Shown: positions 1 through 11,488 of the stretch, in pieces
Numbering within the stretch: position 1 is the stretch's first letter
Layout of the letters: each line of letters starts with the position of its first letter
Assembly (NCBI GenBank): GCA_963822965.1
Contig: CAWGJT010000005.1
Coordinates: 1,792,001 to 1,856,000 of the forward strand
Reading direction: 5' to 3'
DNA from: an uncultured delta proteobacterium
GTDB lineage: Bacteria > Myxococcota_A > UBA9160 > UBA4427
DNA length: 64,000 nt
The notes under the pieces: generated by a model
Told to the model about the DNA's origin: nothing
Database searches by the model: none
The model's input: only the letters and a program-made list of their open reading frames with translations
Program-made: the position numbers and the translations under genes

Positions 1-838
1 GCTCGGTCTCGCCGATCTCGTCCAGGAAGATGGTGCCGCCGTCGGCGATCTCGAAGAGGCCCTGCTTGTCGGCGTGGGCGCCCGTGAAGGCCCCTCGCTT
101 GTGGCCGAAGAGCTCGCTCTCGAGCAGCGTGTCGGGCAGCGCGCCGCAGTTCTGGGCCACGAACCGCTTGTCCTTGCGGGGGCCCGTGTAGTGGAGGGTC
201 TTGGCGATGACGTCCTTGCCGGTGCCGGTCTCCCCCGTGAGGAGCACCGTTGCGTCGGTATCGGCCACCTTGTGCATCACGTCGAAGACCCGCTGCATGG
301 CCGGGCTGTCTCCGATGATGCCCTCGTAGGAGTAGCGGCTCTCGACCTCGCGGCGGAGGTAGACGTTCTCGGCCCGCAGCTTCTCGTTGGCCTGGGCCAG
401 GGCGTCCGCCAGCTTGGTGTTCTTCCAGGCCAGCTCGTACGCCTCGAGGGCCCGCTTCACGTTCACCCGCAGCTCGTCGGGCTCCCAGGGCTTCGGCAGG
501 TAGCGGTAGATGCGCCCGTCGTTGATGGCCCGCACCAGGGAGTTCATGTCCGCGTAGCCGGTGAGCAGCATGCGGATGGTGCGGGGGCTGCGCTCGCTCA
601 CGTGTTCGAGGATCTCGACGCCGGTCATGCCCGGCATCACCTGGTCGACGATGATGAGGGCGATGTCCTCGCTCTCGAGCAGCGCGAGCCCTTCCTCACC
701 GGTCGTGGCGGTAAAGACGCGGTACTCCGGGGCGAGGGTCAGCTCGAGAGACTCGAGGATCGCCTCCTCGTCGTCGACGACCAGGATCCCGTAGGGGCTG
801 CCGTCCCGTTCGCTGCGTGCGGCCTCGATCTCGCTCAT
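1..838 (-). CDS. Sigma-54-dependent response regulator (NtrC family), runs off the left window edge
   Basis: Manual translation from ATG at 838: receiver domain (ILVVDDE...DQVMPGM...KPW), then AAA+ domain with [21 protein letters not shown] and FLDEIGE. Confidence 0.93.
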   Translation of the reverse strand, partial: MSEIEAARSERDGSPYGILVVDDEEAILESLELTLAPEYRVFTATTGEEGLALLESEDIALIIVDQVMPGMTGVEILEHVSERSPRTIRMLLTGYADMNSLVRAINDGRIYRYLPKPWEPDELRVNVKRALEAYELAWKNTKLADALAQANEKLRAENVYLRREVESRYSYEGIIGDSPAMQRVFDVMHKVADTDATVLLTGETGTGKDVIAKTLHYTGPRKDKRFVAQNCGALPDTLLESELFGHKRGAFTGAHADKQGLFEIADGGTIFLDEIGETE

Positions 839-859
839 CGCCCGCCCGTCACCCACCCG

Positions 860-1822
860 TCACCGCGACCGTGCCTGCAGCTTCTCTTCCAGGCGGTCGA
901 TCACCCGGGCCTCGAGGTTCACGCCGTCCAGGCGATCGACCTCCTGCATGCCCGTGGGGCTCGTGATGTTGATCTCGGTGAGCTTGCCGCCGATCACGTC
1001 GATGCCCACGAGGAAGAGCCCCGAGGCCTGGAGCTCCGGGGCGATGCGCTCGACGATGCGGCGGTCGGCCTCGCTGATCTCGGCCTGGACGGGCCGGCCC
1101 CCGACGTGCAGATTCGCGCGCACCTGGCCGTCCCGGGGCACCCGCAGCAGGGCGCCGAGCACCTCGCCTTCGAGCAGCAGGATGCGCTTGTCGCCCAGGC
1201 TCACCTCCGGGACGAACTGCTGCCCCATCGCCCAGCGCGAGTCGAAGCCCGTGGCCTGCTCGAGGATGGAGCCGACGTTGGGATCTCCCTCCACGAGCTG
1301 GAAGATGCCCTCGCCGCCCTTGCCGTCGAGCGGCTTCACGATGATGTGGCCGCCCATCTTGCCCATGAAGTCCCGCAGGTCGGCCGCATGGCGGGTGACG
1401 ATGGTCTCGGGCATGAGATCCGCGTAGCGGATCGTGAAGATCTTCTCGTTGAAGGCCAGGATGGCCCGGGGCGAGTTGAGCACCAAGGTGCGGGTGCACA
1501 GCTCGAGGAGCTGGGTGGCAGTGATATAGGCGCTGTCGACGGGGGGATCCACCCGCTGGAAGGCCGCGTCCACCTCTTCGTCCAGGACGAGACGGCGCGA
1601 GGGGCCCTTGTCCACGTGGTTGCCCCGCTCCCGGCGCAGGGTGACCGGGGTCACCCGGGCCACCGTACGCCCCTCCGACACCGACAGGTCGGAGGGATTC
1701 ACGTACAGAACCTCGTGGCCCCGGGACTGGGCCTCGAGCATGAGGGCGAAGGTCGTGTCCTCGTCGATCGAGACGCGCTCGATCGGATCCATGACGAACG
1801 CCAGGGTCCGAGGCTCGCTCAT
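860..1822 (-). CDS. gshB: Glutathione synthetase
   Basis: AFVMDPI, DTTFALMLEAQ, RVDPP, NEK, KPLDGKGG, GDKRILL, RANLHVGG and TEINITSPTG motifs. Confidence 0.95.
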   Translation of the reverse strand: MSEPRTLAFVMDPIERVSIDEDTTFALMLEAQSRGHEVLYVNPSDLSVSEGRTVARVTPVTLRRERGNHVDKGPSRRLVLDEEVDAAFQRVDPPVDSAYITATQLLELCTRTLVLNSPRAILAFNEKIFTIRYADLMPETIVTRHAADLRDFMGKMGGHIIVKPLDGKGGEGIFQLVEGDPNVGSILEQATGFDSRWAMGQQFVPEVSLGDKRILLLEGEVLGALLRVPRDGQVRANLHVGGRPVQAEISEADRRIVERIAPELQASGLFLVGIDVIGGKLTEINITSPTGMQEVDRLDGVNLEARVIDRLEEKLQARSR

Positions 1823-2145
1823 TCGGGGGAACTGCCTCTCAGATTGCGGGGACGAACACACGCCGGCCGGAGGAGTTTGCGATCTCACGCAGCGCTACGC
1901 CAGCGGGACTCCCTCCTGGAGGCCCTCCGGCGGGCCCCGGCCGCCCACCCGCTCCCGCATCGGGGTCCGGCCGCGTCCACGGAATCGCCGTGGGAGCCCA
2001 CGCCAGCTGCTGCGATGCCCGAACCGGGGCCCGAGGCTCAGACGATGACCCGAAAGCGACGAAGAGAAGGAAGGCAGACTCCTGCGCCCTCCGGTAGCGG
2101 AGTGCGCCCGGCGTCGGCTAGGGTTCGATAAGTACTGGAGTTCGC

Positions 2146-4849
2146 ATGGCTTTCATCCGGCCCGGGGGGTTCCGGATCCTACTGGTGGCTTTCGTGGTGC
2201 TGGGCCTGGCCTCGGCGGGCGCGGGCTACTGGTTCTACGGGAGCTTCCTCAGCGATCTCCCGGACCTGAAGAGCGTGCGGGACTTCCGCCCGCCCATCGC
2301 GAGCGTGGTGCTGGACCGCAACGGCCGGCCCATCGGCGAGTTCTTCAAGGAACACCGCCACATCGCGCCGCTCGACAGCATCCCCGACTACACCCGGCTG
2401 GCGTTCGTCGCCGCCGAGGACCAGAACTTCTTCGAGCACTCGGGGATCGACTACCAGGCCATCCTGCGCGCGGCCTGGGTGGATCTCCGGGCCGGCGAGA
2501 TCAAGGAAGGCGCGAGCACGATCACCATGCAGCTCGTCAAGCAGCTGCTCCTCAGCCCCGAGCGCAAGTTCCGGCGCAAGATCCGCGAGATGATCCTCGC
2601 CCGGCAGATCGAGTCGCGCTTCAGCAAGGACGAAATCCTCTACCTCTACGTGAACCAGATCTACTTCGGCCACGGCGCCTGGGGAATCGCCGAGGCGGCG
2701 CGGTCGTACTTCGGCAAGGAGGTGCAGGACCTGTCGGTGTCCGAGTCGGCCCTGCTGGCGGGCCTGCCCCAGCGCCCGTCGGAGTACTCGCCGTTCCGCA
2801 ATCCGGTCGCGGCCGAGAAGCGCCGGCGGTCGGTGGTGCGGCGCATGCTGAAGATGGGCGCCATCGACCAGGCCGCCTACGAGACCGCCATGGAGGACGT
2901 GCCGGTGCTGGCCTCCGGGGAGCCCGACGAGGACTTCGAGGCCGCCAAGTACTTCACCGAGGAGGTGCGGCGCTATCTCTACGACCGGCTCGGCGGTGAC
3001 ATGGTTCTCGAAGGCGGTCTGACGGTCGAGACCACCCTCGACGCGGGGCTGCAGAAGGTGGCGGTCCGAGCCATCGAAGCGGGTCTCGAAGCACACGACC
3101 ATCGCTACGGCTACCGCGGGCCCGTGCGTCGGGTCGCCAAGGCCGACATCGAGAGCGAGATCGAGAAGCTCGCCGTCGAGAACGAGCTCGTCGAAGAGAA
3201 GAAGCCCGAGGAGACGCTCCCCCCGCTCGACCTCGACGCCGACGTCGACGAAGAGGGCGAGCTGGTCGCCGCGGAGGACGCGGAGGGGGCGGAGGCCGAG
3301 ACCGCGGCCGAGGAGGCCGTCGCCGCCAGCGAGGCCGCCGGGACGGACGCAACCGCCGCCGCCGAGGGCGAGGAGGCCGAGGAGCCCGGACCCGAGATTC
3401 CCGCCGACCGACCCGTGCTCGGCGTCGTGACGAACGTGGACCGCAAGGCCGAGATGGCGCGCGTCGCGTTCGCGCCCGGGCTCGAGGCCGAGGTCCACCT
3501 CGCGGACGTGGACTGGGCGCGGAAGCCCCATCCCGAGCGAAGACCGTACGCCGTCAGCCACATCACCCACATCTTCTCGACGGGCGACGTGGCGCACTTC
3601 GAGCTGATCCCGGAAGGCGAATCCCTGGCCGACGACTCGCCCGCCCCGAAGCCGCGGGAAGGCGAGGAGCCGGCTGCGCCGCTGCCGCGCGTCGCCCTCT
3701 ACCAGGTGCCCGAGGTGGAGGGCGCCCTGCTGTCCATCGAGATCAAGTCCGGCGACGTCCTGTCGATGGTGGGCGGACGCGATCAGGACCACAGCGAGTT
3801 CAACCGCGCCACCCAGGCGATGCGGCAGCCGGGCTCGTCCTTCAAGCCCTTCATCTACGGGGCCGCGCTCTCCCGCGGCTACACGCCCGTCTCGATCCTC
3901 TACGACCGCCCGGTCGTGGTCGAGGACCAGGAGTCGGGCTTCGTCTGGCGGCCCCGCAACTACAGCCGGCACTTCTTCGGGCCCATGCCCATGCGCAAGG
4001 CCCTGGCGCACTCGGTCAACAACGCCACCGTGCACCTCTTCCGCGACGTGGGCGTGGACTACGTGATCGACTACGCCCGACGGCTCGGCATCCACTCGCC
4101 GCTCACCCGCGACCTCACCCTGGCCCTGGGCTCGAGCGGCGTCACCCTGCTGGAGCTGACGAGCGCGTACGCGGTGTTCCCGAACGGCGGACGGCGGGTC
4201 GTGCCGCGCTTCATCCGCCGGGTGACCGACCGCGACGGCCAGGTGCTGCTCGAGGACGTGGCGCTCGGCAATCCGCCGCCGCCGGTCCTGAAGCCCCTGA
4301 ACGACCCCGGCGGCTCGAAGAACGACTCGCGACGTCTACCCGGACGGCGAGATCCTGCCGAGCGACCGCATCGTCTCCGAGGCCGAGGCGTTCCTCATGT
4401 GCGACCTGCTGAAGGACGTCGTCCAGGAGGGAACGGGCCAGGGCGTGAAGCGGCTCGGACACAACCTCGGCGGCAAGACGGGCACCACCAACGACCAGGC
4501 CGACGCCTGGTTCATGGGCTTCTCGCCCGACATCGCGACCGGCGTCTGGGTGGGCTACGACTCGGTGAAGCGGCTCGGCTGGGGGGAGACGGGCGCCAAG
4601 GCCGCGCTGCCCATCTGGCGCGACTACATGCGGGCGGCCCTGGTGGGACGGCCGGATCGCGACTACGAGGCCCCGGCGGACATCGTCTACGAGCGCGTCG
4701 ACCCCGAGACGGGCCTGCTCGCGGACGCGAGCACCCAGGGCGCGTACTTCCAGCCCTTCCTGGAAGACACGGCGCCCACCGAGTATGCGAGCAAGCGTTC
4801 GAAGGTGACGGACACCCGGCGTGCTCTTCGCGAGGACGCCTTCCAGTAG
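2146..4849 (+). CDS. mrcA: Penicillin-binding protein 1A (class A PBP); frameshift near 4320-4335
   Basis: Transglycosylase motifs EDQNFFEH, GASTITMQL and RKIRE; transpeptidase motifs RQPGSSFKP and SVN; KTG motif (GKTGTTN) continues in ORF 4397-4849. Confidence 0.92.
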
Positions 4850-4910
4850 GCTCCGCACGACCTGCGCACCGCACGGCCCCACGGCCCTGGGCGCCAGAGG
4901 AGAAGCCAGA

Positions 4911-6140
4911 TTGCGGAAGCCGGGGCTCGGGGACGCCACGAGCACGACGTCTTCGAGGCCCGAGTGGCGCCCCGTGCAGCAGCCGGGGCTGCTGCATCCC
5001 GTGCTGCCGCAGCTCGCCGACCTGCTGGCGGGCGCGCTGCAACGCCTGGTCGAGGAGACCCGGACCAGCCGGGCCGCCGCCTGGGCACCCGAGACCGGCG
5101 CGCGTCCCATCCTGGTGGCGGTCTACGGCGATCCCAGCTTCGACCCGCCGTGCGAAGCCACCCTCGACTCGTTGTTTCGGCTGGCCGGCGCCACCGACCT
5201 CGGGGCGCCCGGCCTCGACGACCGACTCGTGGAGTTCTCCCGCAAGGCGGGCTTCGCGGCCGCCGTGCCGCTGACAGGCGCCGCACCCATCGCGGGCATC
5301 TTCCTGGGCGAGGGTCCGGACGATCGTGCCGGCCAAGCTCGTCCCCGCACCCTCGCCGCCCTCGACGGCCTGGCCCAACGGCTGCAGGGCCCGGCCGCCA
5401 CGGCCGCGGCCATCGGCCAGCTCGCGGCCCACCAAGACGAGCTGATTCGGATCACGCGGCTCGCCACCCTGGGCGATCTGGTCGCCGAGCTGGTGCACGA
5501 GATCCGCAATCCGCTCGTCTCGGTCAAGACCTTCCTGCAGCTGCTGCCCGACAACCTCGACGATCCCGACTTCCACACCAACTTCCGCAAGGGCGTGGAG
5601 GACGAGGTGCGGCGCATGGAGCGGCTGCTCGATGCGGTGATCCAGCAGGCCCGCCCCGGAATGCCGCCCGCCGGCGAGCCCGCCGCGGCGGCCCTCGGCA
5701 CCACCCTCGAGGCGGTGGGCCGGCTGCTCGAGAAGCGCGCCATGGAGAAGCGCCTGCGCCTGGTGGTGGACGTCGGCCCCGACCTGCCCCGGGCCGCGAT
5801 CGACGAAGACGCGCTGCGCCAGATCGTCCTCAACCTGAGCCTCAACGCCTTCGAGGCGACGCCCGAGAAGGGCAGCGTCGTCCTCACCGGCAGCCGCGGC
5901 CTGCTGGAAGGTCGCGAAGCGCTCGAGCTGACGGTGGACGACGAGGGACCGGGCGTACCCGAGGCGGAGCGGACCCGGCTCTTCGAGCCCTTCTTCTCCA
6001 CGCGCGAAGAGCGGCCGGGCGGCCTCGGCCTCACCGTGTGCCGGCGGCTCGTCGGCCAGGCCCGCGGCTCGATCCATGTCGAGGACGCCCCCGGCGATCG
6101 AAGCGGCGCGCGCTTCTGCGTCCGCCTGCCCGCCGCGTAG
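4911..6140 (+). CDS. Sensor histidine kinase (start uncertain)
   Basis: H-box ELVHEIRNPL; N-box NLSLNA; DEGPG, FEPFFST and GLGL. Confidence 0.88.
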   Translation: MRKPGLGDATSTTSSRPEWRPVQQPGLLHPVLPQLADLLAGALQRLVEETRTSRAAAWAPETGARPILVAVYGDPSFDPPCEATLDSLFRLAGATDLGAPGLDDRLVEFSRKAGFAAAVPLTGAAPIAGIFLGEGPDDRAGQARPRTLAALDGLAQRLQGPAATAAAIGQLAAHQDELIRITRLATLGDLVAELVHEIRNPLVSVKTFLQLLPDNLDDPDFHTNFRKGVEDEVRRMERLLDAVIQQARPGMPPAGEPAAAALGTTLEAVGRLLEKRAMEKRLRLVVDVGPDLPRAAIDEDALRQIVLNLSLNAFEATPEKGSVVLTGSRGLLEGREALELTVDDEGPGVPEAERTRLFEPFFSTREERPGGLGLTVCRRLVGQARGSIHVEDAPGDRSGARFCVRLPAA

Positions 6141-6156
6141 CGGGGCGACCCAGCGG

Positions 6157-6927
6157 CTACGAGGTGGGCAGGAACTTCGTGAACTCGCCGGCGCTCCAGC
6201 CGCCGTCGGCCACGAACTCCGAGCCCGTCGAGTAGGAGCTCTCGTCCGAGGCCAGGAAGAGCGCGAGCTGGGCGATCTCCTCCGGCCGGCCCGCCCGGGG
6301 AATCGGATAGCGGCGATAGAACTCGTCGATGTTCTTCATCTGGGTCGGGTTGCCCATCAGGGTGTCGATGCCACCCGGATGCAGCGAGTTGACCCGGATG
6401 CCGTGATGGCCGAGCTCGATGGCCGCCACCTTCGTCATGCCGCGGATCGCCCACTTGGTGGCCGCATACGCGATGATGGCGTTCTTCGCCTGCAAGCCGT
6501 CGATGGACGAGACGTTGATGATCGAGCCGCCGCCGGCCCGCTTCATGGGCTCGATGACCGAGCGGATGCCGAGGAACGTGCCCACCTGGTTGATGCCCAC
6601 CACCCGCTGGAAGTCGTCGAGGGTGGTGTCGACGATGGACGCGAAGTGCACGACCGCTGCGTTGTTGACGAGGATGCCGAGGGGGCCCAGGGCCTCGGCG
6701 GCCGTCAGGGCCGCCGCCCAGTCCGCCTCGTTGCGCACGTCCATCTTCAGGGCGACCGCCGCGTCGCCCAGGCTCTTGGCCACCGCCTCGACCTCGTCGA
6801 GGACGTCGCCGAGCACCACCCGAGCCCCCTGCTCGACGAAGAGCCGCGCCTCGGCCTCGCCCTGCCCGCGCGCGGCCCCCGTGATGATCGCCACCTTGCC
6901 GGCCAGCCGTCCCGTCGCACCCGCCAT
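6157..6927 (-). CDS. SDR oxidoreductase (3alpha,20beta-HSD-like)
   Basis: TGAARGQG, NNAA and YAATK. Confidence 0.92.
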   Translation of the reverse strand: MAGATGRLAGKVAIITGAARGQGEAEARLFVEQGARVVLGDVLDEVEAVAKSLGDAAVALKMDVRNEADWAAALTAAEALGPLGILVNNAAVVHFASIVDTTLDDFQRVVGINQVGTFLGIRSVIEPMKRAGGGSIINVSSIDGLQAKNAIIAYAATKWAIRGMTKVAAIELGHHGIRVNSLHPGGIDTLMGNPTQMKNIDEFYRRYPIPRAGRPEEIAQLALFLASDESSYSTGSEFVADGGWSAGEFTKFLPTS

Positions 6928-6985
6928 TGCGCTGCATCCTCTCGGTTTCGCTTTCCGCTGGAGCGGCGATGGTACGGCTGGCGAG

Positions 6986-7834
6986 CTACGGCTGCGAGTC
7001 CGGAACGCCCGCCGGGCGATCGTGCATCGGTCCCCGGGGCAGACCGCCGTCCACGTCCGTGAAGCCGTACTCGTCGGCGAGGTCGCGCGACGCGAAGGCG
7101 CGGCCCGTCTTCGCGTGCACGCCCGCGTCGCTGGCCAGCGCCACCACCGCCCGGCCCGTGAAGCGCTGGGACTCGGCACCGGACGTGTCCAGCGCGGGCA
7201 TCGCCCGCCCCACGCGCTGGATGCGCTCGGTGAGCACGAGACCCGGCCACAGGGACACGACGGTCACGCCGTGCTCCTTCAGCTCGTGGGCGGTATCCGC
7301 CGTGATGCGGTCGAGGGCGGCCTTGCCCACCCCATAGGCCACGTGCCACGCATACTCGGCGGCACCCGAAGAGCTGATGTTCGCGATCAGCCCGCTGCGC
7401 TGCGGCACCATCACCCGGGCCGCGAAGCGGCTCGCCACGTAGGCCGAGCGCGTGCCCACGTCGATCATGTCGTCCCAGTTCGAGATGGGCACCTCCCAGA
7501 AGGGAAGGCCCGAGGTGAGCTCCTTGGGGATGAGGAAGGCGTTGTTGACGAGCACGTCGAGGCGGCCGGTCTCCTCCACGACCCGCTCGAAGAGCGCCTC
7601 CACCTCGTCGTCGCACCGGTGGTCGCAGCGCACCGGGACGCCGCGTCCGCCCAGGGCGGTCACCTCGTCGGCGGTGGCGCCGATGGTGCCGGGAAGCGCC
7701 GCCGCGCCCTCCTCGAGGGTGCGGCCCGTCACGTAGACCGTCGCACCCGCCGCGCCCAGCTCCAGCGCGCAGCCCTTGCCGATGCCGCGGCTCGCCCCGG
7801 TGACGATCGCCACCCGTCCCGTGAGGGCGCCCAT
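6986..7834 (-). CDS. SDR oxidoreductase (DHRS1-like)
   Basis: TGASRGIG, YVTGRT, LVNNA, YGVGK and SLWPG. Confidence 0.92.
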   Translation of the reverse strand: MGALTGRVAIVTGASRGIGKGCALELGAAGATVYVTGRTLEEGAAALPGTIGATADEVTALGGRGVPVRCDHRCDDEVEALFERVVEETGRLDVLVNNAFLIPKELTSGLPFWEVPISNWDDMIDVGTRSAYVASRFAARVMVPQRSGLIANISSSGAAEYAWHVAYGVGKAALDRITADTAHELKEHGVTVVSLWPGLVLTERIQRVGRAMPALDTSGAESQRFTGRAVVALASDAGVHAKTGRAFASRDLADEYGFTDVDGGLPRGPMHDRPAGVPDSQP

Positions 7835-9361
7835 CAGGCTTGCTCTCCCGCCGCTTCCGCGGCGCGGCGGCTGGCCGCCACCACCTGCTCGGCAGCCGCC
7901 TCCACCCGGGTGCCCGCAAAGAAGTCGGGATTGACGCTGGTGTAGAAGCGCACCGGGTTCGTGAACACGAAGTCCTCGAAGTCGTCCTCGCCGATCAGGC
8001 TCTTCTCCACCAGCTCGTGGGCCTCGGCCAGCACCTGCGTCATGTCGGGCACGTCCCAGTGCCCCATGTCGCTGCTGAACATGGCGCGCAGCTGCACGCC
8101 CATCGGGTTCGTGCGACGGTCGAACGCCCAGGCGACGGCGGGATCGTCCGCCTCGCAGCCGAAGTAGAAGCGCGGCACGAACAGGTCGCGGATGTCCTCG
8201 ACGCGCTCGATCCCGCAGGCCTGCCACTCGTCGAGCAAGGGCGGCTCGGGCTCGAGCTTCGTGAAGGCCTCCGCCAGGCCCGACAGGTCGGGACGGAAGT
8301 GCGCGTCGGCGTACTCGGCGAAGAGCTTCAGCAGGAGCGCGGTGTCGATCCGCCTGGGATCGAGATCGAGGATGGTGCGCGCGTTGCGCTTCTCCCAGTG
8401 CGAGACGAGATCGGCCAGCAGCGAGCATGCCCAGCCCACGCCCCCCTCGAGGAGCCCGAAGGAGAGCCCGGGGAAGCGACGCGTCACGCCGCCCAGGAAG
8501 AGCGCTTTGCAGAGCGCCTCCATGCTGGCTCCGAACGAGCCGATGTGGTTGTAGACGTAGCTCGAGATGGAGCGCCGGCTCCCCCAGCCCATGCCCGGGG
8601 TGTGCGAGGCCGGGGCCACCTTCAGCTCGAGGCACCTCTGCCAGACCGGGTCGTAGTCGTAGGCGCTGTCGAGGCCCAGGGCGTCGATGCGCTCGCCGCT
8701 GCCGCTCCCCCAGTTGGGCAGGCCGCGCGTCGCGCCCGCATCGCCCTCGCCGATGGGACGGTGCACGAGCCCGTTGATCATGATGGCCCGGGCGCCGAGC
8801 TCGCCCACGGCGTGCTCGAGCTCGGCGATCGCCTCTTCCGGGCGTGTGCATCGGGATCTGCGCCACCACCGTCATGCGGTCCGCGTACGGCGCGTAGACC
8901 TCGGCGTTGAAGGCGTTGAGGGCGCGGCAGGCCACCTGCCGTACCTCGGCGTCCTGGATGGCGGTGGTGGTGAGGGTGCGGCTGCCGTAGACGACGGCGA
9001 AGTCGATGCCGAGGTCGTCGAGGCGCTCGTACATGAGCTTCGGCAGGTGGGCGGTGGCCCGGTCGAGGGTGTTGGCGGCGGGCAGGCTCCACCAGGGCGG
9101 CCGCGTGGCCCAGACCGCCCGGCGCTGGGCGTCGCTGAGGGCGCCCCACGGTCGCAGCACGGTCTCGTCGTAGTCCATGCCGCCGGCCGCCTCGAAGCGC
9201 GCCGCCATGTCGCCGCCGCCGATGTCCTTGACGTAGTCGAGGAAGAAGGGCTTGAAGACGGGCGCCGTCTCGATCAGGTGACCGTCGGCGTCCACCACCG
9301 GGTGGCCGAGGCCGGCGCGGATCTTCGCGGCCCGGGTGTCGCCGCGGCCGACCGCCGTCAC
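7834..9361 (-). CDS. Amidohydrolase family protein; frameshift near 8840
   Basis: N-terminal VVDADGH; C-terminal half has LEGG, FYFGCE and SSDMGHWD in another frame. Confidence 0.88.
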
Positions 9362-9924
9362 CGCGCGCCTCCGCGGGAGGCACCCCGGTCGAGGGCGCCC
9401 GCCAGCACCTTCTCGTCGTCGTGGTGGTAGCGCGCCCGCCAGGCCGCCTCGGTCACCCGGGGCAGCACCTCTTCCACGAGACGCACGTCGACCCGGGCGG
9501 CCAGCTCCGCCGCGCCGGCGCGCGCCAGCATCTGGGGCAGCCGGGTGCGGATGCGCTCGAGCGCCCAGGCCAGGGGATCGCCGTCGGCCACCGGATCGAT
9601 GTGCAGCATCTCGTTCGAGCGGTCCTTCCACGACACGTAGTGGTAGTGGGGATCCTCGTGGAAGCAGTCGAAGCGCAGGTACTCCAGCCGCGAGCCGGCG
9701 TCGGGCTCGCTGGCGAAGACGTGGATCGAGACCCCGCGGTCGTCGAAGCTCTCGCCGCCGGCGTCGCCTCCCGCCGCGGACTCGACGACGCTGGCCGCCG
9801 CGACGGCGTCCGTGAGCAGCCGGTACTCGACGCCGAACGTCACCGCCCCCGCCTCGAAGTGCTCGGTGTGCGCCTCGACCGGGGGAATCGGCATCTTGTC
9901 GTAGCGCGTGATGTGGTCCGCCAA
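9358..9924 (-). CDS. Conserved hypothetical protein
   Basis: Coding-like frame (LRFDCFHEDPHYHY); TTG start after GGAGG; overlaps the next gene by 4 bp. Confidence 0.7.
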   Translation of the reverse strand: MADHITRYDKMPIPPVEAHTEHFEAGAVTFGVEYRLLTDAVAAASVVESAAGGDAGGESFDDRGVSIHVFASEPDAGSRLEYLRFDCFHEDPHYHYVSWKDRSNEMLHIDPVADGDPLAWALERIRTRLPQMLARAGAAELAARVDVRLVEEVLPRVTEAAWRARYHHDDEKVLAGALDRGASRGGAR

Positions 9925-9935
9925 GAGCCCCTCCG

Positions 9936-10578
9936 CTACCCGGACAGCAAGGATCGGGTCACACGACCGACCTCCGCAAGCGCGGTCATGAAGAAGTGGT
10001 CGGCCTCGGAGATCACCTCGAAGCGCGACCCGGGAACCGCCCCGAGGATCTCGTGCAGCTCGGCGACGGGGGCGAACTCGTCCCGGTCGCCCACCGCCAC
10101 GGCGAGCCTGCCGGGAAACGCCTCGAGGAGCGCGCGGTCGAGCATCGAAGGCGGAGGCGACACGAGCAGCAACGCCTGCACCCGCGGTCGGCCCGCCACG
10201 GCCCGTACGGCGGTGGCCGCGCCGAACGAGTAGCCGCAAGCGGTGATGGGTCCCGCTACGGTCTCCTCGATCCAGTCGAGGCAAGCCTCGTAGTCGGCCA
10301 CGGCGGTCGGGCGTCTCGCCCGTCACCTGGCCGGCGCTGGCGCCGACCCCTCGCCAGTTGAAGCGGAGCGACTCGAGCCCCGCCTGCTCGCAGGCCTGGG
10401 CGATCTCGGTCACGACCGGCGACTCCATGCTGCCGCCGTAGAGCGGATGCGGCGGCGCGATGACGGCGCCGCCCCGGGCCTCGGGGTGCGGGACGTGCAG
10501 GCCCTCGAGGACGAGGCCCGCGTCGGCACCCTCGGGCAGGGCGACGGTGGCGGGCCGCTCGAACGGTCGGGGTGCCAT
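9936..10578 (-). CDS. Alpha/beta hydrolase; frameshift near 10305
   Basis: PHPLYGGSM and RFNWRGVG, then GYSFG nucleophile elbow, GDRDEF and ADHFF in the second frame. Confidence 0.88.
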
Positions 10579-10676
10579 CGCGAGACCGTACCCCAACTCG
10601 CCGGCGCTCCCCGGCTATGCTCCCCCCTCTTGCGGGGCGCCAGGGCCCCCCGCACACCCCCAGCCCGGAGACCGGC

Positions 10677-11204
10677 TTGACGAGTCAACGCAGATGGCGC
10701 GGCGCCTTCCTCGAAGTGGTGACCGAGACGGTGGCGCTGCCCAACGGCAACACCATCGACCTGGACATCGTCCGGCACCCCGGCGCCTCGGCGGTGGTGC
10801 CCTTCGTCTCCCCCGACGAGGTGCTGCTGCTGCGCCAGTACCGCTATGCGACGAACGGCACCCTGTGGGAGGTGCCGGCGGGCAAGCTCGACGACGGCGA
10901 GGACCCCCTGACCTGCGCGTACCGGGAGCTGGAGGAGGAGGCCGGCTGCCGGGCCGGACGCATGGAGTCGCTGGGCCCGATGTGGGCCAGCCCGGGCTTC
11001 ACGGACGAGAAGATCCACCTGTTCGCGGCCTTCGATCTCACCCCGGTGCCCCAGCGCCTGGAGGCCGACGAGGTGATCGAGCTCGAGCGCATGCCCTTCG
11101 AACGCGCCCTCGATCTGGTCTGGTCGGGCGAGCTGACCGATGCCAAGAGCCAGCTCGCGCTCCTCAAGGCCGCCCACCTGGTGGGAAGAGCGTTCCGCTC
11201 CTGA
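10677..11204 (+). CDS. NUDIX hydrolase (ADP-ribose pyrophosphatase-like); start uncertain
   Basis: HPGA, QYRY, Nudix box PAGKLDDGEDPLTCAYRELEEEAG and SPG. Confidence 0.92.
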   Translation: MTSQRRWRGAFLEVVTETVALPNGNTIDLDIVRHPGASAVVPFVSPDEVLLLRQYRYATNGTLWEVPAGKLDDGEDPLTCAYRELEEEAGCRAGRMESLGPMWASPGFTDEKIHLFAAFDLTPVPQRLEADEVIELERMPFERALDLVWSGELTDAKSQLALLKAAHLVGRAFRS

Positions 11205-11488
11205 GCGGTCAACGCCCTGCCGGGACGCCGACTTGCAGCCCGAGGACGACGCTGAGCGCCGTCCTCTTGGGAGGGTTTCTGCCGATGCCCGCTGCCGGCC
11301 CCGCCGGGACATGACCGGAACGGCATGCAGCGCGCGCGCGGCAGCCCCCGCCAGAAGCGCCCTGCGTTGACGGAAGTACCTGCGCCACCTAGCCTTTTCG
11401 CCACCTCGGCGCACCCCTTCGCCATCTCGCGCGAAAACCCGATGAGAGAGAAGCAGGAACCAGAGGCAGAGAAAGGGAGACCTCGCGC

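Noticed and set aside
74..2131. 685-aa + strand ORF and similar long ORFs (31074-34415, 53417-56626, 61101-63971, N-terminal part of 38701-42456)
   Set aside because: These are shadow or alternative frames of real genes in high-GC DNA and carry no recognisable motifs.
6986..9631. Apparent amidohydrolase-SDR fusion (also ExeA-ExeB 13267-16308 and HAMP-antiporter 25746-27404)
   Set aside because: Frameshifts join separate genes; each gene has its own start and stop codon.
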